From contig JBPXJV010000011.1 of NCBI GenBank assembly GCA_051715485.1, positions 732 through 64,731 on the forward strand: a DNA stretch of 64,000 nt. Direction: 5' to 3'. Shown piece after piece: positions 40,064-49,799 of the stretch. The stretch is from Chitinophagales bacterium. GTDB lineage: Bacteria; Bacteroidota; Bacteroidia; Chitinophagales; Chitinophagaceae. The notes beneath the pieces are model-generated. The model was given only the letters and a program-made list of their open reading frames with translations. It was not told where the DNA came from and did no database searches. A program made the position numbers and the translations under genes. The number at the start of each line of letters is the position of its first letter. The stretch's first letter is position 1.

Positions 40064-41323
40064 TTAACTTAGTTTCTCTAACGCATTTTCCAACATGCTG
40101 AACATTTCAGCTATTTCTTCTTTTTTGCAAGTGCCTATACTAAGTCTGTACCAAGCACTTTCTTTTGATGCACCAAAACAATAAAAAGGAACAATAGCCA
40201 ATTTTGCTTCACTTAATAAATATGATGTTACATCTTCTTGTGTAGCCAATGTTTTTCCATCAGCCGTTTTTTTACCTACTAAATCTATTTTAATAGTAAG
40301 ATAAATAGCTGCCTGTGGTGCAATAGCATCTACATGATAACCTTTATTTTTTAGAGCTATAAAACCGTTGTAAATATGTTGTAATCTGTATTCTAATTCA
40401 TTGATATAAGTTTTTGTAAACTCTTTCAATGCAGATGTATTAACTAAAAATTTAGCAGTAGCTTTTTGCTCTGCTGTAGGAGCCCAAGCACCAACATGAC
40501 TTAATATGGCTTTCATTTTTGTAATTAAATGAGAAGGTCCAATGCCCCAACCAACTCTTACTCCTGTTGCAGATAATGATTTTGAAATTCCACCAACAAA
40601 CACTGTGTAATTTCTCATTTCTGGTCTTAACAAAACTGGGTTATAGTGTTTAATATCTCCATAAGTTAAAGTCCAATACATTTGGTCATACATCAAGTAT
40701 AATTTTTTTTCATTCTCACCTCTGCTATTATTTTCTTCAATAATTAAATCACAAATTTTTTCAAGACTATCCTTTGTAAGTGTTGTGCCTGTTGGGTTTT
40801 GAGGAGTGCATAAACAAATAAGTGTTGCACCTTTAATATGCTTTGCCACATCTTCTACAAGAGGCATAAAATTATTTTCTGGCTTACAATCAATTAAACA
40901 ATGTACGCCACCTGTAAGATGTGTGTAATGATTATTATTCCAACTCGGTACACCATAAATTACTTTATCACCAGCATCAACTATAGCTCTAAAAGTAGCA
41001 TAAATAATAGGCCTTCCACCAGATGCTACTTGAATTTCAGAAGTATTACACTCAAAGCCTTGCCATTCTTTTAAATAAAAAGCTATTGCTTTTCTTAAAT
41101 CTAAAACTCCTTCAGCAGCAGGATAATTTGTGCTGCCATTTTTATATTCTTCTACAATTAATTCTTCTAATAATTTTGGAATAGGAAAAATAGATGGATT
41201 AAAATCGCCAATAGTATAGTTGTATATTTTTTCTCCTTTCTGAATTTTTTCACTAATAGCATTTCCCAATTTTACAATTTCACTACCTATTAGTGTTTCT
41301 GCAAGTTTACTTAATTTACTCAT
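40064..41323 (-). CDS. Class I/II PLP-dependent aminotransferase
   Basis: NPTGT, GGISKSLSATGVRVGW (PLP lysine context), 419 aa. Confidence 0.8.
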   Translation of the reverse strand: MSKLSKLAETLIGSEIVKLGNAISEKIQKGEKIYNYTIGDFNPSIFPIPKLLEELIVEEYKNGSTNYPAAEGVLDLRKAIAFYLKEWQGFECNTSEIQVASGGRPIIYATFRAIVDAGDKVIYGVPSWNNNHYTHLTGGVHCLIDCKPENNFMPLVEDVAKHIKGATLICLCTPQNPTGTTLTKDSLEKICDLIIEENNSRGENEKKLYLMYDQMYWTLTYGDIKHYNPVLLRPEMRNYTVFVGGISKSLSATGVRVGWGIGPSHLITKMKAILSHVGAWAPTAEQKATAKFLVNTSALKEFTKTYINELEYRLQHIYNGFIALKNKGYHVDAIAPQAAIYLTIKIDLVGKKTADGKTLATQEDVTSYLLSEAKLAIVPFYCFGASKESAWYRLSIGTCKKEEIAEMFSMLENALEKLS

Positions 41324-41520
41324 GTAGCATTAGTTTAAATGTGAAGTTAAGTTATTGAAAAAATAATCAAAAAAATATAGCTAAAAAAAATTTTATTTTT
41401 ATGAAAACTAAATTTTTACAAATCATTTTTTGTCAAAAAAAACTTCAAATAATTTTATAATCACTTTTATTATCAATGCAAAGAAAGTGTTTAATTGTAT
41501 TAGCTTACATAAACACTCCT

Positions 41521-41528
41521 TACTTTTG
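41521..41528 (+). promoter_or_regulatory. Bacteroidota -7 promoter box (TAnnTTTG) for lysS
   Basis: TACTTTTG lies 28 nt upstream of the ATG at 41556. Confidence 0.4.
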
Positions 41529-41555
41529 CAGACTTTTAAAATATATTTTTATAAA

Positions 41556-43079
41556 ATGAGTAAGCATTTAAGTGAACAAGAAATAATTAGAAGAGACAAG
41601 TTGTCTAAAATTAAAGAAGCTGGTATAAACCCTTTTCCAGCAGCATTGTATTCTGTCAATTCTTTTTCAACAGATATTAAAGAAAATTTTACAGAAGAAA
41701 ATAAAGAGGATTTTTCCAATGTATGTGTTGCTGGTAGAATAATGAGTATTAATGATAAAGGAAAAGTTTTCTTTATAAAAATTCAAGATAGTAAAGGCAT
41801 TATTCAACTGTATGTTAAAAGAGATGAAATATGCCCAGAAGAAGATAAAAGTTTTTGGGATATTGTTATAAAACATGGTTTGGATTTAGGTGATATTATA
41901 GGTTGTACAGGATTTGTATTTATTACAAAAACAGGAGAAACATCTATTCATGCACAAACAATTACTTTATTAACTAAGAGCATAAAGCCATTGCCTGTTG
42001 TTAAAAGAGATGAAGAAGGAAATGTGTTTGATGAAGTTACTGACCCTGAATTTAGATACAGACAACGTTATGCAGATTTAATCATCAACCCATCGGTAAA
42101 AGAAACTTTTATAAAAAGAACAAAACTAATAAACACCATTCGTGATTTTTTAAATGAACATGGTGCCTTAGAAGTTGATACACCTGTATTACAAGCAATT
42201 CCTGGTGGTGCAGCAGCACGACCATTTATAACGCATCATAATGCTTTAGATGTTCCTTTTTATTTAAGAATTGCTAATGAATTATATTTAAAAAGATTAA
42301 TTGTTGGTGGCTTTGATTGGGTGTATGAGTTTAGCAGAAATTTCAGAAATGAAGGAATGGACAGAACTCATAATCCTGAGTTTACTATTTTAGAATGGTA
42401 CACTGCTTACAAAGATTATTATTGGATGATGGAAATAACAGAACAATTACTAGAAAAAGTTGCTTTAGAATTATATGGTACAGCAGAATTGCAGGTTGGT
42501 AATAATATCATCAACTTTAAAGCACCTTATAAACGTATTTCTATTTTTGATGCAATAAAAGAAAATTCAGGAATTGATGTAAGTGAATTAGATGAAGAAG
42601 GATTAAGAGAAGTTTGTAAAAAATTATCTATTGATGTTCCGCAAACAATTGGTAAAGGAAAATTAATTGATGAAATTTTTAGTGCTACAAGTGAGCATAC
42701 ATATATTCAACCAACATTTATTATTGATTATCCTGTAGAAATGAGCCCTCTAACCAAAAAGCACAGAAACAAAAATGGTTTAGTAGAACGTTTTGAATTG
42801 ATGATAAATGGAAAAGAAATTGCCAATGCTTATAGTGAATTAAATGATCCAATTGACCAACGTGAACGCTTTGAAGAGCAAGTAAAATTAATGGAAAGAG
42901 GAGATGATGAAGCAATGTTTATTGACTATGATTTTTTAAGAGCATTAGAATATGGCATGCCTCCTACAAGTGGTATTGGTATTGGTATTGATAGATTAGT
43001 AATGTTAATGACCAATCAAGCAAGCATACAAGATGTACTTTTATTTCCTCAAATGCGACCTGAAAAAATGGAAGAATAG
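41556..43079 (+). CDS. lysS: Lysine--tRNA ligase, class II
   Basis: OB-fold N-domain, motif 2 FRNEGMDRTHNPEFT, motif 3 GIGIGIDRLVM. The start was moved from the ORF-track 41430 to the internal ATG (MSKHLSEQE) because the upstream 42 codons are AT-rich low-complexity and contain the promoter box. Confidence 0.9.
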   Translation: MSKHLSEQEIIRRDKLSKIKEAGINPFPAALYSVNSFSTDIKENFTEENKEDFSNVCVAGRIMSINDKGKVFFIKIQDSKGIIQLYVKRDEICPEEDKSFWDIVIKHGLDLGDIIGCTGFVFITKTGETSIHAQTITLLTKSIKPLPVVKRDEEGNVFDEVTDPEFRYRQRYADLIINPSVKETFIKRTKLINTIRDFLNEHGALEVDTPVLQAIPGGAAARPFITHHNALDVPFYLRIANELYLKRLIVGGFDWVYEFSRNFRNEGMDRTHNPEFTILEWYTAYKDYYWMMEITEQLLEKVALELYGTAELQVGNNIINFKAPYKRISIFDAIKENSGIDVSELDEEGLREVCKKLSIDVPQTIGKGKLIDEIFSATSEHTYIQPTFIIDYPVEMSPLTKKHRNKNGLVERFELMINGKEIANAYSELNDPIDQRERFEEQVKLMERGDDEAMFIDYDFLRALEYGMPPTSGIGIGIDRLVMLMTNQASIQDVLLFPQMRPEKMEE

Positions 43080-43090
43080 AAATTCTAATT

Positions 43091-43612
43091 ATGACATTCA
43101 ATTTTAAAATTATCAACACAAAAAGTAATTTAATAAGGTTAATAACCGATGGATTATTTTTGATAAATGCATTTCTATTTTTATTTTTTGCCATTAAAAG
43201 CAGCATGTATAATTGGTCTTACATTCCTGCAATCATTTCTTTTTTAGTTGCTATATTTAGTATGTTTTTTAAAAAAAGAATTAAAATTGTTTATCAAATA
43301 GCAGCAATCATTGTTTGTGTGGGTTGGATACAATTAAGTTATGCTTGGTTAGGTCTAATTATGATTATTTTATTAAGTATTGCTGAAAGAATTGCAAGAG
43401 ATACAATCATAAATTTTACATCATCTGAAATTATCATAACCTCTTTTTCAAAAAGAAAATTTCAGTGGAATGATTTGCAAAATGTAGTTTTAAGAGATGG
43501 TTTATTAACCATTGATTTTAAAAATAATAAACTACTACAAGTTTTTACTTCAAACCCAACCAATGAAAAATTGTTTAATGATTTTTGTAAAAATCAATTA
43601 AGTAATCAATAA
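43091..43612 (+). CDS. Small membrane protein with possible C-terminal bacterial PH-like domain
   Basis: Three hydrophobic helices, then a soluble ~70-aa tail. No recognised motif. Confidence 0.4.
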   Translation: MTFNFKIINTKSNLIRLITDGLFLINAFLFLFFAIKSSMYNWSYIPAIISFLVAIFSMFFKKRIKIVYQIAAIIVCVGWIQLSYAWLGLIMIILLSIAERIARDTIINFTSSEIIITSFSKRKFQWNDLQNVVLRDGLLTIDFKNNKLLQVFTSNPTNEKLFNDFCKNQLSNQ

Positions 43613-43629
43613 ACTGAATAATCAACACA

Positions 43630-44928
43630 ATGCTAAAACATTCTCCATATCTTTTATATTCAGATGGTAAAGGAAATATTTATGAAGACAAAACTTTGTA
43701 TGCTACTGGTCGTGCTGGTTGGGATGCATTTGAAGTAGAGTTAGATAATTGGATTGAATTGCCAGATGGAGGCAACTTATATGAACTACCAGGGAGAAAA
43801 GGTATTGGCATTGATGTACAAACAGGAGAAATGCGTTTGTGTGAAAAAGGTTGGGCTGTTGCAGCATTTATTCCTCCTGCACATACAAGTTTATTTTTAG
43901 CTGCTTTTGAAACAGAAAAAGATGCACCAACCTTACCATTATTTTGTTATACTGCAGCAGCATGGTTTAATAACAAAACTTATGTAGCAGCTATTAGAGT
44001 AGAAAAGGATATTCGTCAGGAGTGTGCAGGTTACGATGAAAAAGAAATTGAAACAGGCTCTCAATGGTTGTTGCAACAATATCCATCAAACAGGTTGGTA
44101 AAGCATTTAATGCAAACTTGCTGTATGACATATCATTGTCCTGCTGCAAGAAATTTTTCTATGCACCGATGGGAGTGCCCTGTTCCTGCATCACCAGCTT
44201 GTAATGCAAATTGTTTTGGTTGTGTTTCTTTTCAACCAAAAGAAGAAGATATTACTTCTCCTCAAGATAGATTAACCTTTAAACCAACTGTTGAAGAAAT
44301 TGTTGAATACACTGTACCACATTTAATGAATGCACCTTTTCCAATAATTAGTTTTGGGCAAGGTTGTGAAGGAGAGCCTTTATTGATGTGGGAAACCATT
44401 GAAAAAACAATTATAGAAATTAGAAAACATACCAATAGAGGAAGCATCAACATAAACACCAATGGCTCAAAACCTAATGCTGTAAAAAAATTATTTGATG
44501 CAGGCTTAAACAGTATTAGAGTAAGCATCAATAGTGCAAGAAAGGAAATTTATACTCGTTATTACAGACCCAACAATTACACTTTTGAAGAGGTAGTACA
44601 AAGCCTTAAAGTAGCTAATGAAAGTGGAGGTTGGAGTAGTATAAATTATTTTGTTTTCCCTGGCATGACAGATAGTGCAGAAGAATATGAAGCATTGAGA
44701 AAACTAATTAAAGAAACCAATTTAAAAATGATTCAGTGGCGAAATTTTAATATTGACCCCGATTGGTATTTGGGTTTAATTAGTGCTACTGAAACACAAG
44801 AAATAATTGGTGTTAAACAAATGATGCAATTAATACAAGAAGAGTTTCCAACAATTAAATTTGGGTACTTTAATCCACCAATTGAAAGGATTAATGGAAA
44901 TTTTGAGGCAGATTTTGCCCATCATTAA
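43630..44928 (+). CDS. Radical SAM protein of unknown function
   Basis: CxxxCxxC cluster CNANCFGC, GQGCEGEP glycine-rich SAM motif, long N-terminal domain. Confidence 0.7.
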   Translation: MLKHSPYLLYSDGKGNIYEDKTLYATGRAGWDAFEVELDNWIELPDGGNLYELPGRKGIGIDVQTGEMRLCEKGWAVAAFIPPAHTSLFLAAFETEKDAPTLPLFCYTAAAWFNNKTYVAAIRVEKDIRQECAGYDEKEIETGSQWLLQQYPSNRLVKHLMQTCCMTYHCPAARNFSMHRWECPVPASPACNANCFGCVSFQPKEEDITSPQDRLTFKPTVEEIVEYTVPHLMNAPFPIISFGQGCEGEPLLMWETIEKTIIEIRKHTNRGSININTNGSKPNAVKKLFDAGLNSIRVSINSARKEIYTRYYRPNNYTFEEVVQSLKVANESGGWSSINYFVFPGMTDSAEEYEALRKLIKETNLKMIQWRNFNIDPDWYLGLISATETQEIIGVKQMMQLIQEEFPTIKFGYFNPPIERINGNFEADFAHH

Positions 44929-45149
44929 TTTTCTTCTTTATAATTTAGATTAATATTTTTTTATGAATGAAACAGCATTTTAGCCAAAAATTGCCTCATA
45001 GAATAGGAAAAATTAAAGCAATAATTGGGTAATTATTTTGTTTGTTACTAATAAACTATTTAAGCAGCTAAATACTTTGAAATCTTATTTCAGTATAAAA
45101 AAAATTCTTATATATACAACCAAAATATTAATAACAAATAAAATTAACC

Positions 45150-45157
45150 TATATTTG
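45150..45157 (+). promoter_or_regulatory. Bacteroidota -7 promoter box (TAnnTTTG) for the wza operon
   Basis: TATATTTG in the 463-bp non-coding gap. It would give a leader of about 235 nt. Confidence 0.35.
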
Positions 45158-45258
45158 CACCTCACAAAAATATTTAGCCTTTAAACCCCCTATAAAAAGC
45201 TGATTATTAATGTGTTACAATACAAAAAACATTCTGAATTTTGAATCATTTTTATATT

Positions 45259-45317
45259 AACAGACATATAGGTAAGTAATTTTCAATCATTATTTTTCCT
45301 TATGTCTGTTATTTTTT
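45259..45317 (+). promoter_or_regulatory. Terminator-like hairpin in the wza 5' leader
   Basis: AACAGACATA(T)AGG ... CCTTATGTCTGTT (13 bp, one bulge) followed by ATTTTTT. A second 7-bp hairpin TAACTCA/TGAGTTA lies at 45328-45346, upstream of a T9 run. Confidence 0.35.
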
Positions 45318-45391
45318 GAGCATAGCATAACTCATTCTGTGAGTTACTTGGCGGAGCTGTTTTTTTTTCTTATTATTCTCAATTTTTTTAT

Positions 45392-46150
45392 ATGAAAAAG
45401 GTTGTTTTTGGCTTACTTAGTATATTATTATTGGCAAGTTGTACTAACCTAAAAAAGTTAGAAAAATCATATCAACTTTTTCAAACAGGTTTCGATAGCC
45501 TTAATAATTATTCTTATAAGGAGCTTACAATAAAAGAAGGAGATAAAATAAGCATCAAAGCTTTTACAATGGCTACAGCCAATCAAGAACAAGTAGCACT
45601 TTTTAATACATTAGGTAGTAATGGAACTTTCTTGGTTAGCAAACAAGGAAAAATTGAGTTACCTAAAATTGGCTTTTTAAAAGTTTCTGGATTAACTTGT
45701 AAGCAATTACAAGATTTAATATCAACAGAATGGGAAAAATACATTAAAGATATTGCTGTAGATGTTCAAATATTAGGGTTTTCAGTAAATGTTTTAGGAG
45801 AAGTACCCAGTCAAGGAACAAAGCTATTTAATACAGAAAAAGCTACTATTATTGATGCTATTGCACAGTCAGGAGGTCTTTCTGAAGATAGTAAAAGAAA
45901 TAACATAATGGTTGTAAGAGAAGATAGTGGTAAAAGAAAAACCTATTATATAGATTTACAAGATGCAAAACTTTATGAATCTCCTGCATTTCAGCTACAA
46001 CAAAATGATATGATTTATGTAGGAGCTGATGAAAAAAAATTCAAAAAAATGAGAGACAGAGAATTTAGAGAAAATATACAACCCATAGTACAATTTGCAA
46101 GTATAGCTTTAAGTTTAATAAACTTTATAATGTTGTTAGGCAGAAGATAA
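45392..46150 (+). CDS. wza: Polysaccharide export outer-membrane lipoprotein (Wza family)
   Basis: Lipobox LLLASC, Poly_export-like KEGDKISIK, SLBB-like VNVLGEVPSQGT. Confidence 0.8.
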   Translation: MKKVVFGLLSILLLASCTNLKKLEKSYQLFQTGFDSLNNYSYKELTIKEGDKISIKAFTMATANQEQVALFNTLGSNGTFLVSKQGKIELPKIGFLKVSGLTCKQLQDLISTEWEKYIKDIAVDVQILGFSVNVLGEVPSQGTKLFNTEKATIIDAIAQSGGLSEDSKRNNIMVVREDSGKRKTYYIDLQDAKLYESPAFQLQQNDMIYVGADEKKFKKMRDREFRENIQPIVQFASIALSLINFIMLLGRR

Positions 46151-46173
46151 TTTCTTAATTAATTATTACATGA

Positions 46174-48663
46174 ATGAGCTCAATTAATCCACAATCAATT
46201 ATTCCTAATATTACTCAACAGGATAATAAACCTAAATTTTCTGTAAGAGAAATTTTAATAAAATATCTAAGCCATTTTCCTTTATTTATTTTATCAATGG
46301 TTTTATGTCTTGGTGCAGCAATGATGTATATAAGATATAAAGTACCTATTTATAAAGCAAATGTTCAACTATTAGTACGAGATCCAGGTAAAGGAACTAA
46401 TCAAGTACAGAATGATATTATTAGTCAGGCAGTATCGGGTGTAAGGTCTATTAATTTAGACAATGAAATGCAACTAATTCGTACAAAAAAACTATTAGAA
46501 AGAGTAGTAGAAATTGGAGGTTTTAATATTATTTATAGTAAAGAAGGAAATATTAAAACATCAGATTCTTATAAATCAACACCATTTACTTTTAAACCAA
46601 TAAATATTCCAGATTCAAGCCTTGTTTATTCTTTTAAATTAAAATCCTATAACGAAGAAGGAGCTGAAATTGAGTTGAACAAAAAAACTAAACAATTCAA
46701 ATGGGGAGATTCTTTAAATATTTATGGGTTTAAATTTAGGATAATAAAAAATGGATCTACCATAGAAACAGGTACTGACCCTTATATTATTAGATGGCTA
46801 CCTACACAATATGCTGCAGGTATTATGCAAAGTAATTTATCTATTGGAACACTTAGCCAAAAAACAAGTGTTTTAGTTTTAGGATTAACAGGTGAAAGTA
46901 GAAAAAAAGTAGAAGACTTTTTAAACTTATTGGTTAAAGAAATTATTAAAAGCGATATTGAACTTAAAAAAGAAACTGCTGTAAATACTGTTGCATTTAT
47001 TAATAATAGATTAGCTATTGTAGCAAAAGAATTAAATGATTTAGAATCTGAAATTAGAGATTATAAAAAAATCAATCGTTTTTTTGATGTTCAAGGAGAG
47101 TATTTGTATTTACAAGGAAGATTAACAGCTGCCGAACAACAAGTTTTAAACTTACAATTAGATATTGAAAATTTAGATCAAATAAATGATTATTTAAGAA
47201 ACAATAAAAGTATTGGAAAATCAAAAGTTATTCCATCTAATTTAGGTGTTGATGATATGTCTTATAACACCATGATTCAACGCTATAATGATTTACAAAT
47301 TCAAAAAGAAAAATTAGAATTTGTTGCTTATAAAAACAATCCTTCTTCTTTAGAAATTGACAATCAAATTGAGCAACTTAAACAAAGCATTTTAGAAGCC
47401 GGTGCCATTTTAAAACAATCTAAAAAATTAAAAATTAGCACATTTGAAGGTCGTAGCGATGTTGATATGAATAAACTAAGCTCCTTACCAGACAAGGAAT
47501 TAGAATTATTAAATATTAACAGACAAAAGGGCGTTAAAGAAAAACTATATTTATATCTTTTACAAAAAGGAGAGGAAACTTCTATTGCTTCTGTATCTAC
47601 AGAATCTAATTATCAAGAGTTAGACCCTTCTTATGCATCTTATCTACCTATTGAGCCTAAGTCATCTCAAATAAAAACTTTTGCTGCTATTTTAGGGTTA
47701 TTAATTCCTATTGGAATAATTTATTTATTGGATTTATTAAACGATAAAATTACAACAAGACAAGATATTTCCGATAAGTCAGATATACCAATAGCAGGAG
47801 AAATTAGCCATGTGGATGAAGTTGGTTCTATTGTTGTAGAAAATAGTAGAAATATTGTTGCCGAACAATTTAGAATTTTACGAAGTAATTTAGAATTTGT
47901 TTTATCGGGCAAACAAAAAAATAATGAAGCAACTTCTATATTAATTACTTCATCAATTAGTGGAGAAGGAAAATCATTTATCAGCTTAAACTTTGCTGCT
48001 GTATTAGCTCTCACAGGAAAAAGAGTTGCCCTTTTAGAATTTGATTTACGCAAACTAAAAGGTATTGAAATTAAAGAAATTGATGATAATAATGATAGAG
48101 GCATTACCAACTATTTAATAGGGCAAACAAACGATATAAATAGTATTTACAAAACACTTAGAAAACATCCATTACTACATTTATACAATACTGGTCCTAT
48201 ACCACCAAACCCAGCTGAATTAATTATAGGCGATAGAATGGAATCTTTCTTTAATGCTTTAAAAGCAAACTACGATTATATTGTAATTGACTCTGCACCT
48301 GTTGGTATGGTAAGCGACTCATTTGCTTTAAGTAAATATGCAGATGCTACTTTATATGTTATAAGACAACGCTATACACTTAAAAAGCAAATGGACTTCA
48401 TAAATGATTTAAAGAAAGATAAGAAACTAACCAATATGGCTATAGTGGTAAATGATGTAAACTTAGCAGGTCGTTATGGTTATTATGGTTATGGTTATGG
48501 CTATGGTTATGGTTATATGTATGGTTATGGAGGCAAAGGTTATGGCTATAATAAATATATTTATGGAGGAAGAAAAAAAGACCCTTATTTTGATGCTAAC
48601 AACAAAGGATATTTTGATAACCATGCAAAACTAAGTTGGTGGCAAAAAATGTTTAGAAAATAA
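46174..48663 (+). CDS. wzc: Polysaccharide co-polymerase / BY-kinase (Wzc/GumC-like tyrosine autokinase)
   Basis: Two TM segments flanking a coiled-coil periplasmic domain. Walker A SSISGEGKS, Walker A' LEFDLRK, Walker B IVIDSAPV, Tyr-rich C-terminus. Confidence 0.85.
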   Translation: MSSINPQSIIPNITQQDNKPKFSVREILIKYLSHFPLFILSMVLCLGAAMMYIRYKVPIYKANVQLLVRDPGKGTNQVQNDIISQAVSGVRSINLDNEMQLIRTKKLLERVVEIGGFNIIYSKEGNIKTSDSYKSTPFTFKPINIPDSSLVYSFKLKSYNEEGAEIELNKKTKQFKWGDSLNIYGFKFRIIKNGSTIETGTDPYIIRWLPTQYAAGIMQSNLSIGTLSQKTSVLVLGLTGESRKKVEDFLNLLVKEIIKSDIELKKETAVNTVAFINNRLAIVAKELNDLESEIRDYKKINRFFDVQGEYLYLQGRLTAAEQQVLNLQLDIENLDQINDYLRNNKSIGKSKVIPSNLGVDDMSYNTMIQRYNDLQIQKEKLEFVAYKNNPSSLEIDNQIEQLKQSILEAGAILKQSKKLKISTFEGRSDVDMNKLSSLPDKELELLNINRQKGVKEKLYLYLLQKGEETSIASVSTESNYQELDPSYASYLPIEPKSSQIKTFAAILGLLIPIGIIYLLDLLNDKITTRQDISDKSDIPIAGEISHVDEVGSIVVENSRNIVAEQFRILRSNLEFVLSGKQKNNEATSILITSSISGEGKSFISLNFAAVLALTGKRVALLEFDLRKLKGIEIKEIDDNNDRGITNYLIGQTNDINSIYKTLRKHPLLHLYNTGPIPPNPAELIIGDRMESFFNALKANYDYIVIDSAPVGMVSDSFALSKYADATLYVIRQRYTLKKQMDFINDLKKDKKLTNMAIVVNDVNLAGRYGYYGYGYGYGYGYMYGYGGKGYGYNKYIYGGRKKDPYFDANNKGYFDNHAKLSWWQKMFRK
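48475..48564 (+). repeat. In-frame (GGTTAT)n-type microsatellite encoding the (GY)n tyrosine cluster of Wzc
   Basis: YGYYGYGYGYGYGYMYGYGGKGYGYNKYIY: 14 Tyr in 30 residues, counted from the translation. Confidence 0.9.
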
Positions 48664-48680
48664 AACGATTATAATTAATC

Positions 48681-49529
48681 ATGGAAAAATGGACTGAAGA
48701 AATATCACCACAACACTCTTTACTCGATTTAAAACTAAAAGAAGTTTGGAGATACAGAGATTTATTGTTGATGTTTGTAAAAAGAGATTTTGTAACTTTT
48801 TATAAACAAACCATTTTAGGACCTCTTTGGTTTTTTGTACAACCATTACTAACCAGTTTAATGTTCTTAATAATTTTTGGAAAAATTGCAAATATTAGTA
48901 CTGGCGGTGTACCACAAATTGTATTTTATCTTTCTGGTGTTACCTTATGGAATTATTTTGCTGAATGTTTAAATAAAACAGCTACTGTATTTAAAGACAA
49001 TGCATCAATTTTTGGTAAAGTATATTTTCCAAGATTAGTAATGCCATTAAGTATTGTTGTTTCAAACCTTATTAGGTTTGGCATTCAATTCTTTTTATTC
49101 TTACTTATTTGGGCTTGGTATTATTGGAATGGTAGTAACCTACAACCCAATACTACATTATTTCTAATACCTTATTTACTTTTACTAATGGCTGTTTTAG
49201 CTTTAGGTTTGGGTATGATTATTAGTTCTCTTACTACAAAGTATAAAGACCTTATTTTTCTATTAACTTTTGGCGTACAACTCTTAATGTATGCTACACC
49301 CATTATTTATCCATTAAGTGAAATACAAAATAGTTCTCCAACAATAGCAATGGCAATTAAAATAAATCCATTATCTGCAATTGTAGAAACATTTAGGTAT
49401 GCTTTTACAGGAAGTGGTAGTTTTAGTTGGGTATTATTAGGTTATAGCTCTGCAGTAGCTTTTTTTGTTTTAGGTATAGGAGCTATTATTTTTAACAAGG
49501 TAGAAAAAAGTTTTATGGATACTGTGTAA
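48681..49529 (+). CDS. wzm: ABC-2 type polysaccharide exporter permease (Wzm)
   Basis: 282 aa, six TM segments, N-terminal DFVTFYKQTILGPLWFF motif typical of Wzm/KpsM/TagG. Confidence 0.8.
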   Translation: MEKWTEEISPQHSLLDLKLKEVWRYRDLLLMFVKRDFVTFYKQTILGPLWFFVQPLLTSLMFLIIFGKIANISTGGVPQIVFYLSGVTLWNYFAECLNKTATVFKDNASIFGKVYFPRLVMPLSIVVSNLIRFGIQFFLFLLIWAWYYWNGSNLQPNTTLFLIPYLLLLMAVLALGLGMIISSLTTKYKDLIFLLTFGVQLLMYATPIIYPLSEIQNSSPTIAMAIKINPLSAIVETFRYAFTGSGSFSWVLLGYSSAVAFFVLGIGAIIFNKVEKSFMDTV

Positions 49530-49538
49530 AAATTAATA

Positions 49539-49799
49539 ATGACTCGGAATAACTATATAGCCAAACATAAAAACCTTTTTTGGTACACACCAGAAGATAA
49601 ATTAAATGAAATTTCCGATAGCTTTTTAGTGGAAACTATTCTAAATTATGGCACCTTAGATGATGTGAAAGAGTTGTTTGAATTGTTGGGAATAAAAAAA
49701 ACGGCAGCAACTTTTTTTTCGGCAAAGGAGCGAATGAAATTGAATTATTATCCAGAGATATATCATTTTTTTAGCCTTGTTTTTCAGAAATATGCATAG
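49539..49799 (+). CDS. Small conserved protein, partner of the AbiEii-like nucleotidyltransferase (possible antitoxin)
   Basis: 86-aa ORF overlapping the downstream NTase gene by 8 nt. No HTH recognised. From memory it resembles small Bacteroidota proteins that precede such NTases. Confidence 0.45.
   Translation: MTRNNYIAKHKNLFWYTPEDKLNEISDSFLVETILNYGTLDDVKELFELLGIKKTAATFFSAKERMKLNYYPEIYHFFSLVFQKYA

Noticed and set aside
41430-41555. N-terminal 42-codon extension of lysS in the ORF track.
   Set aside because: The extension is a non-ATG-initiated, AT-rich, low-complexity stretch. It contains a TAnnTTTG promoter box. LysS homology begins at the internal Met (MSKHLSEQE).
48475-48564. Short tandem repeats considered as a possible CRISPR or other non-coding array.
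   Set aside because: The repeat unit is 6 nt, in frame, and encodes the Wzc Tyr cluster. No repeat-spacer architecture was seen anywhere in the window.
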